A stretch of 64,000 bases of DNA from Tubiluchus corallicola (GCA_030141605.1 JAQGDQ010000512.1:1-64000), one strand, 5' to 3'. Positions 26,209-39,852 are shown, counted from the first letter of the stretch. Translations and numbers: made by a program. The notes: generated from the sequence alone by a model not told the origin.

Positions 26209-26589
26209 TTTGAAGAGTATAATTGCATATATTTTAGATTGGTTCAGAGTTCTTGTGGATTTGCACTGCAGAAAGCTTTAGTTGCAAGCAGCCATGCAGA
26301 GTTTGGGTGTGTCTCTGATGTGCATGCACTGCCATGCAGATGTTACCATGGAAGTTTACTCTCATTATGAACTAAGCTTCTTAACCAAGCAACACTTTTG
26401 CAATGTTGCGAAAGGTTGCTATGCATAACAAAACATTAGATCTGCGAACTGTGGTTACTATACTTGATGCACAAAATAAAGAATAGTCCTAAATTGTACA
26501 CAGGTATGTTCTGTACGTTTATTGATCAATAGTACAACAAAGAATAAAGATATTACAGAAGTAAAAATTAACCAGTTTATCCAATTAAT

Positions 26590-27181
26590 AGGTAACGTGG
26601 TCAAATTAGTGACCACAGCATTTTAGGTTAGAGCTTTTTGCAGATTCCAAAACAATAGATTATTTGTTGATAGCCTGATATTGTTTTTTTATTTTACAAT
26701 GTTGAACTTACCAAAGATGGATTAGCCTTTCAAAAACAATAAGCTCCCACTTCTTAAATACCCTAGTATGAACAACAGAACACTAAATTTAAGAAACATT
26801 AGAACGAACAATCAATATGGAAGGAATTCCATTACTAAGCAAGCAATACAACTTTGGAATTCATTACCGACATCACTAAAACATGGCAGCTCTTTATCAA
26901 TAGTCAAGTCTAAATTAAAAAAAAACATTTAATGACTCGTTTTGAATATCCGACATATGAACATACGACATACGAATCATAATTTCATTTTTTCCTAGAC
27001 CTTACTAAACTAGTTTATATTTTATTTTTGAATTTCTAGTTGCACTTATAGTGCAGCTTGCACCAGACGCATTTGCCCAGAACAGTATACGTTTTTTATA
27101 TGAACTAACACTGATTGTCTGTCTTTTATTATGATGATCAATGTTTTTAAAATGGCAAATAAGATTTTACTACTACTACTA
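26590..27181 (+). mobile_element. LINE (CR1/L2-group) 3' fragment
   Basis: Translation …IRTNNQYGRNSITKQAIQLWNSLP…KSKLK; (TAC)n tail. Related to 40346-40840. Confidence 0.65.
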
Positions 27182-27888
27182 GGTATATAAAAATATTTGT
27201 AGCAAAACTGAAATCATTGCACAATAGACATGCCAAAGTATGTATTTTCCACTAGTTTTGACATTCAAATTTTGAAATGTTGGCAAATAATTTTTTCAAG
27301 TGAAAAGTCACAAATATTTCCTAAAATGAGAATAATAAATGGTACAGTGGGCAGGTTAACAATGACACAAGTTTGAATACTATTCCAAGTAGAAAAACTT
27401 ATTCAGTTATTGGCTGAGTGTGGCTTCCCACAATGCACCGCCAGTCTAGGAAAATTCTCTATTTTCACACCCAAATCAGAAACCCAACTTCCACACAAAA
27501 CCAATCCAAATGATTGGGTGTTGAACTGGGTCCTTGTGACTTTACATCTAAAAACTTTTGGTTTCAACCACAACAAGCAGAGTTAGAGTGATAAAACTAA
27601 ACACTGGCAGGCACATTGTGTAGTTAATTGAATTCAGTTCAATTCAATAGTATTTATTTCAAATCAATAGTACGTCATAGTAACTTATGTTTTTAAGCTT
27701 TATGTAAGTGGAGGGTTTTCTTCCACTTTAGCATTAGTGTTAGTGTGATTGCTACACTACAGAGAAGCACCTCTTTCAAGACTTTTCCCGCTGTGTTAGT
27801 GGATATACATGTAATTAGCTACTAGATGTTTGTACTTCTACTGCAATTTATAAACTACAGTGCTAATAATTTTGTGTATAATCATTAA

Positions 27889-28334
27889 CCCTTTCAGTCC
27901 CAAATTATTTTTTAATAAAAAAAAATTTTGGCTTGGTACTTTTGTTCAGTATGTCCATCTTGCTTACACAATAATTTTTTTCTACCTGTGCCCGCGTGCT
28001 AAATATAGCCTGTATCCCACGGGATACATTGGGATTCAGTGGAAGCATAAAATGTGCTTCATTTTGCAACTGCTGATAATTTTTTAAAGTATTTAAGACA
28101 TTTAGTATGCATGCTATGCTGATCTATACAAAGTCGTCTCTAAAGTACTGAACCTTGTGCAGTTTTTTTATGCTATGTAGATTTTCTAGTTTGCCTATAT
28201 AGATAATCTATTGTTATTGGCTTAAATCGGCTAAAACTATTAGCAGATCGAATAACTGTCAGTTTTAAAATTTTATTAATTTTAAAGGCAGAAAATATTC
28301 TCGTACCCCACGGGATACAACGGGTATGAAAGGT
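27889..28334 (+). mobile_element. piggyBac-like MITE
   Basis: TTAA|CCCTTTCAG start; colinear with 5164-5622. Confidence 0.8.
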
Positions 28335-29547
28335 TCAAACTGTAGGTCAAAACAATCAACTCTTTAAAGTATTGGAAGGAAACGTACTATTTTTTTCAAA
28401 AATGACTTACGCGAAAGAATTATTACCACACAAACACAATTTCACATCCGTGCCACTAGTTCTTCGCTGTTACATGCATTTCACCATTTGCTAGTTAGAT
28501 GGGCACTAGCACCTGCATTTCGGAAGTGCATTGCACAAAAAACAGGTGCTGTACCTCTGGGGTTCAGATGTGGTAGTTTCTGACAAACTACACACTTTCA
28601 ACAGCGCATGCGCAAGCAGAGCAGTACATTTGAAATTTGAATATTTATCTTAAAACAGTAATTTTAAGTTTTAGTCCCAGTACAACATGCTTAATGTCTT
28701 ATAGTAGCGCTATACTTCAAATTTCACTTTTGCAAACACGCTCATGAATTATTTTTGCTGCTAAGAATTATGTTTGTTTGTGACATCATCAACAGTTGGG
28801 CTCACCAGTCGTTAATTAAGTTTTTAAACTATTATTTAATTATTGTGTTAATTAATGCATACTTGAACAAAGGTGGACCTTAAACAAAACAGATCTCTCC
28901 AGCAAGACAATCCCATAATGTTCTGCCCCACTTAGCAATAAGCAATCGCAGAGATCTTCAACCACACAAAAACCACACATCTATTTTAATGTAACACAAG
29001 TGTTTTCGGAAACAGAATTTCCCGCCCAATGAAACCAAGAATACACTTATAGGTTTTTGCACTGGTAATAGTGCAGCTCCAATTATTTCTCTTTCCAAAC
29101 TGCGAAAAGACTCTCTCCAAAACCCACACGAAGACACACATAATCCGTATGCAATTTTTTAACGCGTCCAATCAAAAATTTGGAAAAACTTGCTGTGTGG
29201 TTCGGAAAAATGCTAATTCCTGGAAGCCGGAATGCTGCTTGCTCTTACGAAATGATAGCACACCAACTCTTTACTGTCCCCGTTTTACAAGTGTTGCAAA
29301 AAGAGGCGAAAAAATGTCCAAAGGGGGGGAGGTTTCACCGGCCGTTTCTCTCACACATCCTGAATCAAGAAATAAACTCTTTAACAATAAAATCGGAATT
29401 AGCAGCTGTGCTTGGAATATGTTGCCTCATTTTGCATAGCAATTGCATCACCACGGCAACTATACAATAAATTAAGTCTTTAGGTGCAATAATAAATAAA
29501 ATAGCTATGTCATTTCAAATGAGCAGCTGTATTCCAGAACCAAAGAA

Positions 29548-31146
29548 GAACATTGGAGCACTAAAATCGGAATCAGAGACTAAGATGGGCAAGCCATTTA
29601 ATGAGATTACCAGAAACAACACCAGTAAGATTAGCATTAAACATTGGAGCACTAAAATCAGAATCAGAAGACTAAGATGGGTAGGACATTTAATGAGATT
29701 ACCAGAAACAACACCAGTAAGATTAGCATTAAACATTGGAGCACTAAAATCAGAATCAGAAGACTAAGATGGGTAGGACATTTAATGAGATTACCAGAAA
29801 CAACACCAGTAAGATTAGCATTAAACATTGGAGCACTAAAATCAGAATCAGAAGACTAAGATGGGTAGGACATTTAATGAGATTACCAGAAACAACACCA
29901 GTAAGATTAGCATTAAACATTGGAGCACTAAAATCAGAATCAGAAGACTAAGATGGGTAGGACATTTAATGAGATTACCAGAAACAACACCAGTAAGATT
30001 AGCATTAAACATTGGAGCACTAAAATCAGAATCAGAGACTAAGATGGGTAAGCCATTTAATGAGATTACCAGAAACAACACCAGTAAGATTAGCATTAAA
30101 CATTGGAGCACTAAAATCAGAATCAGAAGACTAAGATGGGTAGGACATTTAATGAGATTACCAGAAACAACACCAGTAAGATTAGCATTAAACATTGGAG
30201 CACTAAAATCAGAATCAGAGACTAAGATGGGTAAGCCATTTAATGAGATTACCAGAAACAACACTAGTAAGATTAGCGTTAAACATTGGAGCACTAAAAT
30301 CAGAATCAGAAGACTAAGATGGGTAGGACATATGAGATTGCCAGAAACAACACCAGTAAGATTAGCATTAAACATTGGAGCACTAAAATCAGAATCAGAG
30401 ACTAAGATGGGTAAGCCATTTAATGAGATTACCAGAAACAACACCAGTAAGATTAGCGTTAAACATTGGAGCACTAAAATCAGAATCAGAAGACTAAGAT
30501 GGGTAGGACATTTAATGAGATTACCAGAAACAACACTAGAAAGATTAGCAATAAACATTGGAGCACTAAAATCAGAATCACAAGACTAAGATGGGTAGGA
30601 CATTTAATGAGATTGCCCGAAACAACACCAGTAAGATTAGCAATAAACATTGGAGCACTAAAATCAGAATCAGAAGACTAAGATGGGTAGGACATTTAAT
30701 GAGATTGCCAGAAACAACACCAGTAAGATTAGCATTAAACATTGGAGCACTAAAATCAGAATCAGAAGACTAAGATGGGTAGGACATTTAATGAGATTAC
30801 CAGAAACAACATCAGTAAGATTAGCGTTAAACATTGGAGCACTAAAATCAGAATCAGAAGATTAAGATGGGTAGGACATTTAATGAGATTGCCAGAAACA
30901 ACACCAGTAAGATTAGCATTAATCGAGGCACTGTAATTCACTAAATGACCTCCAGATAAACCAAAAACAACTTGGATATCAATAATAAATAAAGATTAGC
31001 AACGGCTGGTAAACTTATCAATAGCATTACAGGAGTTGAAAATTTCGGCTGCGAACAGGAAACACTGAAGTGCTCTAATAAACAACGTAGGCTCTACATC
31101 AACTGTACAATAGATGTTTAGAGCAACAGAAGAAGAAGAAGAAGAA
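29548..31146 (+). repeat. RTE LINE 3' fragment with a 92-bp ORF segment amplified about 15x, ending in a (GAA)n tail
   Basis: Unit translates to HWSTKIRIRRLRWVGHLMRLPETTPVRLAL, homologous to the RTE fragment at 6595-6960. Unique LINE 3' sequence resumes after about 30920. Confidence 0.85.
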
Positions 31147-31173
31147 GGCGCGATGTCCTAGCAACAGACATTG

Positions 31174-31187
31174 GTTACCATAGTAAC
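31174..31187 (+). promoter_or_regulatory. RFX X-box upstream of LRR paralogue B
   Basis: GTTACCATAGTAAC, 27 nt before the ATG; CCTAGCAAC half-site just upstream. Confidence 0.65.
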
Positions 31188-31214
31188 ATCACAAAGCACG
31201 ACAAAGCATTCATC

Positions 31215-31848
31215 ATGGCAGAACTTAAAAAGTGGAGTCAGTTGTTAAATATGGCAACAATTAGTCTGTTATGGGTAGCTGTAGGATGCAGAGAACACTG
31301 GTGCAACTGTGACAACATGAAAAATGGTGAACTAATGACAGAAAACCTCTGCACATGCATCAAAGACCCGGGAAATATAAACAAATGCCAGCTGACCTGC
31401 AATGCAATGGATGCCAAGGCTGCCATGAAAATGGACGGCCTCATCCCAACGGATGGAGTCGATCAGCTCACAATTAGTGACTACACGGAAGAGGAGTTGC
31501 CAAGTAAATATCTACGCGGAACCATCATTAGGAAACTAATTATCAAAGATTCTGAAAAACTCAAGTCTATCGGAGAGACAACATTCAGCATCAAGGATGT
31601 GCAGCAGATAATTCTGGACAGCTTACAGGAGTTAAGCAAGATCGACAGCAGAGCATTTCACCTCATGACCACACTGCACGTGTTCACGATTAAGAACTGC
31701 AAGGCTTTAACGACAGGAGACCTTGATTTTAGTGGGAGTCCGCTTCTATCAGAAATTTCCATTACCGGCACGGCAATAGAAAAGATGAAGATGCCAATGC
31801 TCAAAGCTGGACTAGATCAGACAAAGCATGTGAAATTAGAATTGAGAG
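31215..31848 (+). CDS. LRR paralogue B, exon 1; spliced product 285 aa
   Basis: Signal peptide, Cys cap, LRRs (LKSIGETTF, LSKIDSRAF); donor AGA G|gtaagc, phase 1. Confidence 0.9.
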
Positions 31849-31892
31849 GTAAGCAAGTCTGTTAACACTTCTGTACCAAGTTTACACTTTAA

Positions 31893-32573
31893 AGGACAAG
31901 AAAGGGGGTACCTGACGTAGGTTTCAGAAAAATCGCTTTAAAAAAGTATATTACTTTATAGTAGTTTTATGCATATATCTTACTCGCACTGAAAAGAATT
32001 TAGTTTGTTTTCATTTTAAATCTCCCGCAATACTGTTCCGAAGTCGCCATTGCATGATGTCATGTAGCAAACGTAAATGAAGGGAAGAAAAGGCAATGTT
32101 AAATTATGTCTCAAAAGACTTTCCGTGCAAATCTATATTACTTAGATTTTCGGTTACCTACTAGAAAGACTTATGTAACTAGAAAAGAAAATTATTAATT
32201 ATTTAAAATGTTTTCATCAATTGGTAAAATGTCGCTGACTCCCCCTCCAGGGTGCACCACTCACTAACCAGAAAACGCATTTTTAATCTTACTGACAAGA
32301 TACAGTAATTTGAAATTTTACTTACTTAGTGACGTGTGCATTGCGAATGCTCCGATTTTTTTTCAAACTTTAGAAAATGTTATCTAAACTTGTTTCAAAT
32401 AACCTGTCCTGAAAATGGCTGCGTCTAACGGTCATCGCGGGAGCTTAAATTTAGATGTTTTATACAGCGTGACTGCCGATTGAAGTCATGTGTGCAAAAA
32501 GACAGTATGTAAGTGGTGTAAAATTTCAAGACGAATTTTTAAGCTTTATGTTTATGAAGGGTTTTCATGTGCT
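31893..32573 (+). mobile_element. Kolobok-like element in the paralogue B intron
   Basis: TTAA|AGGACAAGAAA start; same position in paralogue D. Confidence 0.75.
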
Positions 32574-33310
32574 CTAACTTATCCCAAATGAATCTTTTTT
32601 AGTTTTTTTATCCCAAATCTAAATTGCAGTGCCGGATTAAAACATGGGCTCTATGGGCTGCAGTCTCTACAAGCTGAGGGGTTTCCAGAAATTAAATGAA
32701 ATTAATTAAATTCACTGTGAAAAGTTACTTCAGAATGAAAGTAGAACTATGCTGATTTATCTCTTTCAAAGGGACTTAATTAATTAATATATTATATAAT
32801 ACATTGGAACTGTTTCTTTGCTCATTATTCCAAGTCACAGCTACTACCACCCCAGTAATTAATTTATTGCAATTTGTATGCACTATATTTAATATTTCAA
32901 AAACTTATTTTAATTTTGTAAATATCAGAATATCTCTTCTCTTTTTGTTGTTTTTGACTTGCACCCATCTATGTGGACCTAATGTTGGCATTATGTTGTA
33001 GAAGTTGAACATAAACTGATTTCAAGAATCCAACATTCACGCTTTTGATAATTGTCACTGGGGGCCTAATATTGGCATTATGTTGTAGCAGTTGAATAAA
33101 CTGATTTCAAGAATCCAACATTCACGCTTTTGATAATTGTCGCTGGGGGCCTAATGTTGACATTATGCTGTAGAAGTTGAATAAACTGACTTATTAAAAA
33201 ATAATTTGGGACTGAAAGGGTTGAAATGATAGCTTACAAAGTCCGAGAACATTGAAACGGCGCAAGTAAAGTTCAACTAGATGTTCACTTGTTTTGTTTT
33301 TGCTTTGCAG

Positions 33311-33534
33311 AAAACAAGCTCGTTTGTGACTGTGAGATGCAGTGGGTGAAAACCCTTCCGTGGAAGGAATCGAAAATCGACTGCGAAAAACCCAAGAAAC
33401 TGTCTGGGAAAAGTGAAATTACAGCCAAATATTTTTACCGCCATTGCTCAAGTTCTACGTCAGTCAGAATGCATATTTTCTTGATTTCATCCTGCATTCT
33501 GATTATAACATTTTCAGTCAGGTTATCCAGTTAA
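33311..33534 (+). CDS. LRR paralogue B, exon 2 (LRRCT plus GPI-type tail)
   Basis: ctttgcag|AA AAC AAG CTC GTT TGT GAC TGT; AATAAA at 33561. Confidence 0.88.
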
Positions 33535-34084
33535 CTGAAACAAGTAATACTGACAGCCTCAATAAAACAATTGGTGTCATTGTGAATTCATTTTAAAACA
33601 ACAACTTGTCAACCTATTGAGAAAGAACTATCGTACACAATTTATTACCTCATTTTTGCCAAATAAAGTGCTACTTTGACGTGCACTTGTAACTAAGCAA
33701 CTGTAGAAAAAAATAAACAAAAGTATAGTTGTAATAAAACTATTCATACATCATTTTGCTTATTATTTCAATTTCAATTTTATTTCAGACATAAAGGTGT
33801 TCACATAGCTAGCTGTACACAGTAAGCGATAAAAGATAAACGAGAGTTAGGGGAGAGTGCGCTATAGCGCGCCCCCTAGGGTTCGAAGTGTTTTTACCTA
33901 GTCGGCTGCATAAATGCGTATTCACAGTATATCACTTGACAAAACGTACTTTAAAATTTGCTTGCTATCAATTTCAGGCTAATTTAATTGTAAAATTTTA
34001 AATTATTTGATCAAAAGTAATTTTGGTCAAAAGGGGCACTTCGGGAAACATTGTTCCTATAGCGCACACCCTGCGTTCCCACAG

Positions 34085-34976
34085 CGCCCACAACAATAGG
34101 TAAAATGTTCCTATAATGCCCACTGCAACAGGTAAAATGTTCCTAATGCCCACTGCAACAGTAAAATGTTCCTTAATGCCCACACAAAGGTAAAATGTTC
34201 TTAATGCCCACTCAACAGGAAAATGTTCCTAAGCCCACCAAAGAAAATGTTCCTAAATGCCCACTGCAACAGGTAAAATGTTCCTATAATGCCCACTGCA
34301 ACAGGTAAAATGTTCCTGTAATGCCCACTGCAACAGGTAAAATGTTCCTATAACGCCCATTGCAACAGGTAAAATGTTCCTACAACGCCCACAGCAACAG
34401 GTAAAATGTTCCTGTAATGCCCACTGTGACAGGTAAAATGTTCCTATAATGCCCACTGCAACAGGTAAAATTTTCTTATAATGACCACTGCAACAGGTAA
34501 AATGTTCCTATAATGCTCATTGCAACAGGTAAAATGTTCCTATAATGCCCACAGCAATAGGTAGAAAGTTCCTATAATGCTCATTGCAACAGGTAAAATG
34601 TTCCTGTAATGCCCACTGCAACAGGTAAAATGTTCCTATAACGCCCATTGCAACTGGTGAAATGTTCCTATAATGCCCACTGCAACAGGTAAAATGTTGC
34701 TATAATGCTCATTGCAACAGGTAAAATGTTCCTATAATACCCATTGCAACAGGTAAAATGATCCTATAATGCCCATTGCAACAGGTAAAATGTTCATATA
34801 ATACCCACTCGCAACAGGTAAAATGTTCATATAATACCCACTCGCAACAGGTAAAATGTTCATATAATACCCACTCGCAACAGGTAAAATGTTCATATAA
34901 TACCCACTCGCAACAGGTAAAATGTTCATATAATACCCACTCGCAACAGGTAAAATGTTCATATAATGCCCACTGC
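34085..34976. repeat. 32-bp minisatellite
   Basis: Unit GCCCACTGCAACAGGTAAAATGTTCCTATAAT; paralogous array at 48617-50066. Confidence 0.93.
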
Positions 34977-35314
34977 TCTGAACGACAAATTTAATGTAGC
35001 AAGCAACACGAATGTCACCCAGTCTGCAATTTTTATGATCTGTAATTTAACAGCTTTTTAAGTATTGATTTTATTCAGCTGTAATCACAGTTCTATGTTC
35101 AGAACTCAGTTACTATGATTAGAAATTTTAAATGCTACAAGTGTTTCCCAATTTTGCAAATCTGTGTTTGTTCCTGTAATAAAATCTTTATTAGTCGAGA
35201 AATACAGAAAAGTTTAAATGTTTTAATTTTTGGAAAATGTAGCAGATCACGCAACAAAAAAAACTATCTGTTAACAGCCGACGTGTATTTAAAAACACAA
35301 TATAGAATTATTAA

Positions 35315-35761
35315 CCCTTTCATACCCGTTGTATACCGTGGAATACGAGAATATTCTCTGCAAAATTTTAAAACTGAGAGTTATTTGATCTGTTAATAGT
35401 TGTTTTGATTTAAGCCAATAGCAATAGACTAAAAATGGTGATAAAATGGCAAACTAGAAAATCTACATAGCATAAAAACCTGCTCAAGGTACAGTACTTT
35501 AGAGACGACTTTGTACAGATCAGCATAGCATGCATACTAAATGTCTTAAATACTTTAGAAAATTATCAGCAGTTGCAAAATGAAGCACATTTTATGCTTC
35601 CATTGAATCCCAATGAATCCCGTGGGATACAGGCTATATTTAGCACGCGGGCACAGGTAGAAAAAAATAATTATTATGAGTAAACAAGATGGACATACTG
35701 AACAAAAGTACCAAGCCAAAAATTTTTTTCTTATTAAAAAAATAATTTGGGACTGAAAGGG
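35315..35761 (-). mobile_element. piggyBac-like MITE
   Basis: TTAA|CCCTTTCA…TGAAAGGG|TTAA. Confidence 0.85.
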
Positions 35762-36196
35762 TTAATGAACATCAACATAAGGTCATTATAATTATTTACT
35801 TAATTAATTCTAAAGTTGGTGTAAAAACACAGAGCAAACATTGCATCTAAATTGGATGTATAATGCCAAAGTTACAAACAAACAAGAATTATGTGATTTT
35901 GGAACAATTCACATTGTGTCAGAATCACATGATCACACACGTCACAAGCATTTCCACATGATTGGCGGAACCATTGGGCATACGCAGTGCACTGCAATCA
36001 GTCCTCCTCTGGAGGGTCAACATAAAGTTACTCACAATAAATACATTTAAAACGGGCATCAAGTAAGTAAGAAGCAGCAAGCGCTACCATTAACACACCA
36101 CAATGCTTTAAACTGTGCGGAAACACATAAGCACAGTTTTCTCTACATGCGAGTGTGCTGTGAACATCCCGTCCCAGGTGTGCAAAATGTCATTAA

Positions 36197-36879
36197 AGTA
36201 CAAGAAAAGGGGTACCTGAAGTAGGTTTCAGAAAAATCGCCTTAAAAAATTATATTACTTTACAGCAATTTTTATGCGTATATCTTACTTGCACTGAAAG
36301 GAATTTTTGTTTGTTTTCATTTTAAATCTCCCGCAATACTGTTCCGAAGTCGCCATTACATGACGTCATGTCCCAAACGTAAATCAAGGGAAGAAAAGGC
36401 AATGTTAATTTATATCTCAAAAGACTTTACGTGCAAATCTATATTACTTAGATTTTCGCCTACCTGCTAGAAAGACTTATGTAACTAGAAAAGGAAATTA
36501 CTAATTACTTAAAATGTTTTCGCCAATTGGTAAAATGTCGCTGACTCACCCTCCAGGGTGCGCCACTCACTAGCCAAAAATGTATTTTTAATCTTATTGA
36601 CAAGATGCAGTAATTTAAAATTTTACTTAATTAGCAACATGTATGCAACGAAGGCACTGATTATTTTTTCAAACTTTACTTAATGTTATCAAAACTTGTT
36701 TCAAACGACCTACCATCAAAATGGCTGCGCCTAACGGTCATCGCGGGAGTTTAAATTTACACGTTTTATACAGAGTTACGGCCGATGCAAGCCATGCATA
36801 TGAAAAGGTAGCATGTAAGTGGTATAAAATTTCAAGACGAATTTTTAAGCTTTATGTAAGTGGAGGGTTTTCTTCCACT
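36197..36879 (+). mobile_element. Kolobok-like non-autonomous element
   Basis: TTAA|AGTACAAGAAAA start; colinear with the other copies. Confidence 0.75.
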
Positions 36880-37035
36880 TTAGCATTAGTGTTAGTGTGA
36901 TTGCTACACTACAGAGAAGCACCTCTTTCAAGAACTTTTCCCGCTGTGTTAGTGGATATAATTAGCTACTAGATCTTTGTACTTCTACTGCAATTTATAA
37001 ACTACAGTGCTAATCATTTTGTGTATAATCACTAA

Positions 37036-37494
37036 CCCTTTCAGTCCCAAATTATTTTTAATAAGAAAAAAAATTTGGCTTGGTACTTTTGTTCAGTATG
37101 TCATCTTGTTTACACGTAAGAATTTTTTGTTTCTACCTGTGCCCGCGTGCTAAATATAGCCTGTATCCCACGGGATACATTGGGATTCTGTGGAAGCGTA
37201 AAATGTGCTTCATTTTGCAACTGCTGATAATTTTTTAAAGTATTTAAGACATTTAGTATGCATGCTATGCTGATCTGTACAAAGTCGTCTCTGAGGTACT
37301 GTACCTTGCACAGTTTTTTATGCTATGTAGATTTTCCAGTTTGTTATTTCATCAACATTTTTAGTCTATTGTTATTGGCTTAAATCAAAATAACTATTAA
37401 CAGATCAAATAACTGTCAGTTTTAAAATTTTATTAATTTTAAAGGCAGAAAATATTCTCGTATCCCATCATAGGATACAACGGGTATGAACGGG
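37036..37494 (+). mobile_element. piggyBac-like MITE
   Basis: CCCTTTCAG…CGGG|TTAA. Confidence 0.8.
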
Positions 37495-37602
37495 TTAACT
37501 ATACAGTACGTATGATGACTGCCTGACAAAAATCTAGCTGAACAATTAAACACCGAAGACTTAAAAGTAACTCGCAGTATTCCTCCTAGCAACTGACACG
37601 TG

Positions 37603-37674
37603 GTTACCATAGGAACATCACAAAGGAAAACAACTTTTCGTCATGGCAGCAACAGACATGGTTACCATAGAAAC
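37603..37674 (+). promoter_or_regulatory. Two RFX X-boxes (58-bp tandem duplication) upstream of paralogue C
   Basis: GTTACCATAGGAAC at 37603-37616 and GTTACCATAGAAAC at 37661-37674. Confidence 0.65.
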
Positions 37675-37700
37675 ATCACAAAGGAAAACAACTTTTCGTC

Positions 37701-38346
37701 ATGGCTGGCTACTGTGGACAGCTAGTTGAAAATCGGTGCCTAGCTCTGATCATTCCAGTAACTATTCTACTCTCGCTAGCTGTACAGTGCAGGGGAGAAT
37801 GCAACTGTGATGAAATAAACCAGGGGGAACTAATGACGCAAATGCTCTGTTTGTGTATTAGAGACATGAAAGATGCAAAACTCTGCCAGATGATCTGCAC
37901 TCCCTCAAATGCGGAGGCTGCCATCACGGTGCAGCGACTCCTCCCGAGGCAAGGCATCACGCAGCTCACGATCGCAGGTTACGCGGACACAGAACTTCCG
38001 GATAAATTTCTGGCGGGAATAACCACGCATCAACTGGTTATTGCGGCAGCAGACAAAATTCAGAATATCGGAAAGACGGCATTCGGCATTGTCAACGTGG
38101 AGGAAATGATAGTGGATAACCTGGGCGGACTGAAGACGATCCACATCCGTGCATTCCAGCGCATGGAGACACTGGCCAGTCTTATGATCAGAAACTGTCA
38201 GGCTTTAACGACGGGAGACCTGGACCTCTCCGGGAGTCCAAATCTGATAAGAATTTCAATCACTAGTACAGCAATGGAGACAATGAGAATGCCAAAACTG
38301 TACGCTAACTCAAGACAGGCAATACAGATGGAACTGGAATTGAGAG
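37701..38346 (+). CDS. LRR paralogue C, exon 1; spliced product 290 aa
   Basis: Homologous to B/D/E exon 1; donor AGA G|gtaaaa, phase 1. Confidence 0.88.
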
Positions 38347-38419
38347 GTAAAAAATTTAAAAAAGCCGAATTTCTGTAACGACTTCAATTTATCTCTCGAA
38401 CTCGAACCAAACGCAGAAG

Positions 38420-38605
38420 TAAGCAAGCAAGCAGGCAGGCAGGCAGGCAGGTAGGTAGGTAGGTAAGTAAGTAAGTAAGTAAGTAAGTTTATGAGTGAGT
38501 GAGTGAATGAGTGAGTGAGTGAGTGAGTAAGTAAGAAGTAAGAAGGTAAGTAAGTAAGTCAGTCAGTCAGGCAGTCAGTCAGTAAGTAAGTAAGTAAGTA
38601 AATAA
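38420..38605. repeat. Compound tetranucleotide microsatellite
   Basis: GCAA/GCAG/GTAG/GTAA/GTGA/GTCA runs. Confidence 0.9.
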
Positions 38606-39272
38606 CTAAGTTTATTAGTTTATCACCGTTTTTAAAATAGCAAAATACATAACTAAGAGATTTATAAATCTGCACAACATACAATAATATTACAAAGTGC
38701 AAAAGTAATTACTGATTAGTGGTGAAAGGGTAGCGAAAGAAGAATAAGTTATTTAGGTAAGCCACCCTCTCAGGATTGTTACTAATATAATTAATTAATG
38801 TGCATGTGCCAGGTAATTAAAAATTATCAGATTTTGCATTTAAGGCGAATGAAAATTGAATTATTATACGAACGTGTTCGTTTATAATAAAATAATGTTC
38901 AGTAATGGGAAAGAAGAGATACACGTGACTATCTTTAAATAATAATTTAACCATTACGTATTAAGAAGAGGTATTATGAATGTAGAACAGTCACTAGAGC
39001 AAATATGACATTGACCTTGGCTTTGAAAATCGGTAGGATTTTTCATAATTGCTAGGCTTCTACTAGCTAGAAGTGGGCTGGTCACTTGCCATGCCATAGC
39101 TCTGCCGTGGTGCTCCCATATGTGGAAAGTTAATGTCAAGCTTAGTTTTATTCAGTCTTGGATACGAGAAAACTGTCATGCCAAACATAATATCAACATA
39201 CACTCATATCTAGGTTTACCGGAAAAATCGGAAAAATCGTAAAAAAATCTGGACTGTTAAGGAGTTCCACAT

Positions 39273-39852
39273 ATTACGAACACAGTCTGTTTTTTCACAG
39301 GCTGACCGCTAGGTGGCAGGTCATCACTTTGTTGCTTAGTATTAGTTGCTTAATTATTACGAACACAGTCTGTTTTTTTACAGGCTGACCGCTAGGTGGC
39401 AGGCCATCACTTTGTTGCTTAGTATTAGGTGCTTAATTATTACGAACACAGTCTGTTGGTTTACAGGCTTACCGCTAGGTGGCAGGCCATCACTTTGTTG
39501 CTTAGTATTAGTTGCTTAATTATTACGAACACAGTCTGTTTTTTCGCAGGCTGACCGCTAGGTGGCAGGCCATCACTTTGCTGCTTAGTATTAGCTGCTT
39601 AATTATTACGAACACAGTCTGTTTCTTCGCAGGCTGACCGCTAGGTGGCATGCCATCACTCTGTTGCTTAGTATTAGTTGCTTAATTATTACGAACACAG
39701 TCTGTTTTTTCGCGGGCTGACCGCTAGGTGGCAGGCCATCACTTTGTTGCTTAGTATTAGTTGCTTAATTACGAACACAGTCTGTTTTTTTGCAGGCCGG
39801 CCGCTAGGTGGCAGGTCATCACTTTGTTGCTTGGTATTAGTTGGTTAATTAC
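39273..39852. repeat. 83-bp tandem repeat x7, each unit with a CTCF-like motif
   Basis: CCGCTAGGTGGCA(G) at 39306, 39389, 39472, 39555, 39638, 39721, 39801. Confidence 0.92.

Noticed and set aside
29507-30865. Array of 60-aa ORFs and a 242-aa ORF as a peptide gene family
   Set aside because: Frame-cycling translations of a 92-bp LINE-derived tandem repeat.
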